Assembly (NCBI GenBank): GCA_965649765.1
Contig: OZ287751.1
Location: 66,836,001 to 66,900,000, forward strand
DNA: 64,000 bases
DNA from: Bispira polyomma
Taxonomy: Eukaryota
Reading direction: 5' to 3'
Under the pieces are notes generated by a model that had not been told where the DNA came from, ran no database searches, and worked only from the letters and a program-made list of their open reading frames with translations. Shown piece after piece: positions 61,884-64,000 of the stretch. The translations under genes were made by a program, and so were the position numbers. Each line of letters starts with the position of its first letter. The first letter of the stretch is position 1.

Positions 61884-64000
61884 TTGATATTAAGTTCCTC
61901 TGTATTAGTTTGTTATAACACTTCTGATTGCTCAACTGAATCTTGTGGAGTTGGAATGTTTGTTTTGGAATTACAAACTGATATCAACCTAAATCAGGTT
62001 GTTTTAAGGTGTGGTGTATTCCACCTGATGTGAGTTTAACATTCACACCAGAAGTCGCCACTGAGTGATTACAAAAACTGTCAAAATGTTTTATGAGGTG
62101 TATTTTCAGCAGAAATAACATATTTATTCATCACTATTATTACGGAAGTAGGTAATGTTGTGTACTTATAAAGGATATCAGTACCTGATGGATGCATACA
62201 TTAAGTGGCTTTAATTATATCAAAATGGTAAGTATAGAATAAATATTATAACTCACCTTTTAATGATTTCTTGAACCTTTCTTTCAAATAGATATATCCA
62301 CTTTTCCCTTGAAACAAATGAATGATAAAATTGCTCCTGGTCTAAACATACAAGTAGGCATTTTCAAGTAATACAGCATCGATCAACTTACACAGCTTTA
62401 AGAACATGTTTTTTTTAAATAATGTTGAGTATATGTCTGTAGCATATTAAGTAACATAACATATAAATGATGTGTAAATAGGAGGAAGTTGTAAAGTATG
62501 AGTGAATGACTCAGATATCAGAGCCACAATTGCAACCAGTGTAAACAGATGCCTAATTTAAAATTTTTGAAAAAGCATGTTTTTTTACAAATCCACCACA
62601 AACAAAAATTGAAGCAATTAATTTCACTAAAAGCATTTAAATTTACAATAACTGATTAATTTTATTCTCTCCGGGAATGAAAGATTAAATTGACCAATAC
62701 ATCTTGAGCATTGAATAGAGTATGTTTGTTTTCACTGGGTGCATTTAAAACTTTATGTGCGTCAGCCGAACCCGGATCGACTGCTTGGAAGGCAACCATG
62801 CTAACTGCTACACCACTGACGCTTGATATTAAGTGCCTCTGTATTAGTTTGTTATAACACTTCTGATTGCTCAACTGAATCTTGTGGAGTTGGAATGTTT
62901 GTTTTGGAATTACAAACTGCTATCATGTTTTTTTACAAATCCACCACAAACAAAAATTGAAGCAATTAATTTCACTAAAAGCATTTAAATTTACAATAAC
63001 TGATTAATTTTATTCTCTCCGGGAATGAAAGATTAAATTGACCAATACATCTTGAGCATTGAATAGAGTATGTTTGTTTTCACTGGGTGCATTTAAAACT
63101 TTATGTGCGTCAGCCGAACCCGGATCGACTGCTTGGAAGGCAACCATGCTAACCGCTACACCACTGACGCTTGATATTAAGTTCCTCTGTATTAGTTTGT
63201 TATAACACTTCTGATTGCTCAACTGAATCTTGTGGAGTTGGAATGTTTGTTTTGGAATTACAAACTGCTATCAACCTAAATCAGGTTGTTTTAAGGTGTG
63301 GTGTATTCCACCTGATGTGAGTTTAACATTCACACCAGAAGTCGCCACTGAGTGATTACAAAAACTGTCAAAATGTTTTATGAGGTGTATTTTCAGCAGA
63401 AATAACATATTTATTCATCACTATTATTACGGAAGTAGGTAATGTTGTGTACTTATAAAGGATATCAGTACCTGATGGATGCATACATTAAGTGGCTTTA
63501 ATTATATCAAAATGGTAAGTATAGAATAAATATTATAACTCACCTTTTAATGATTTCTTGAACCTTTCTTTCAAATAGATATATCCACTTTTCCCTTGAA
63601 ACAAATGAATGATAAAATTGCTCCTGGTCTAAACATACAAGTAGGCATTTTCAAGTAATACAGCATCGATCAACTTACACAGCTTTAAGAACATGTTTTT
63701 TTTAAATAATGTTGAGTATATGTCTGTAGCATATTAAGTAACATAACATATAAATGATGTGTAAATAGGAGGAAGTTGTAAAGTATGAGTGAATGACTCA
63801 GATATCAGAGCCACAATTGCAACCAGTGTAAACAGATGCCTAATTTAAAATTTTTGAAAAAGCATGTTTTTTTACAAATCTACCACAAACAAAAATTGAA
63901 GCAATTAATTTCACTAAAAGCATTTAAATTTACAATAACTGATTAATTTTATTCTCTCCGGGAATGAAAGATTAAATTGACCAATACATCTTGAGCATTG

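Larger units (their letters stand above)
26310..64000. repeat. tRNA-gene satellite array (958-bp Val+Gly units; 939/946-bp and 348/355-bp Gly-only units), runs off the window
   Basis: periodicities from repeated ORFs (47600/48558/49516; 54071/55010/55949; 62662/63010); ~15 Val-like and ~38 Gly-like copies by eye. Confidence 0.97.

Noticed and set aside
26508-63222. Repeated 62-75-aa ORFs (MMKYYSDIE.., MSNQKCYNK..)
   Set aside because: Chance frames running across tRNA genes in satellite units; opened and closed by indels

Overview
AT-rich animal genomic DNA, probably a marine invertebrate (mollusc-like SINE and Helentron-type repeats; inference). 1-21 kb holds the 3' part of a + strand spliced host gene for a large acidic low-complexity protein I cannot name. 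I reconstructed seven coding exons by splice phase, including a 3,558-nt exon. Its introns contain MITEs, tRNA-derived SINEs and a Helentron-like repeat. That repeat carries a 5.4-kb non-autonomous DIRS1-type tyrosine-recombinase retroelement (8277-13724) with near-identical ITRs and an ICR that exactly reproduces the circle junction. It has no TSD, barely recognisable RT/RNase H relics, and a ~96-bp tandem array where the recombinase gene should be. From ~26.3 kb to the window end runs a tRNA-gene satellite of ~0.94-0.96-kb units with tRNA-Val(CAC) on + and tRNA-Gly(TCC) on -. Many copies are degenerate, and the array becomes Gly-only after ~52 kb. Its first unit contains a decayed Ngaro-like YR retrotransposon (27215-34241) whose recombinase gene is split by a 5'-truncated CR1/L2-type LINE. 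All coordinates and counts were read by eye; no searches were run.
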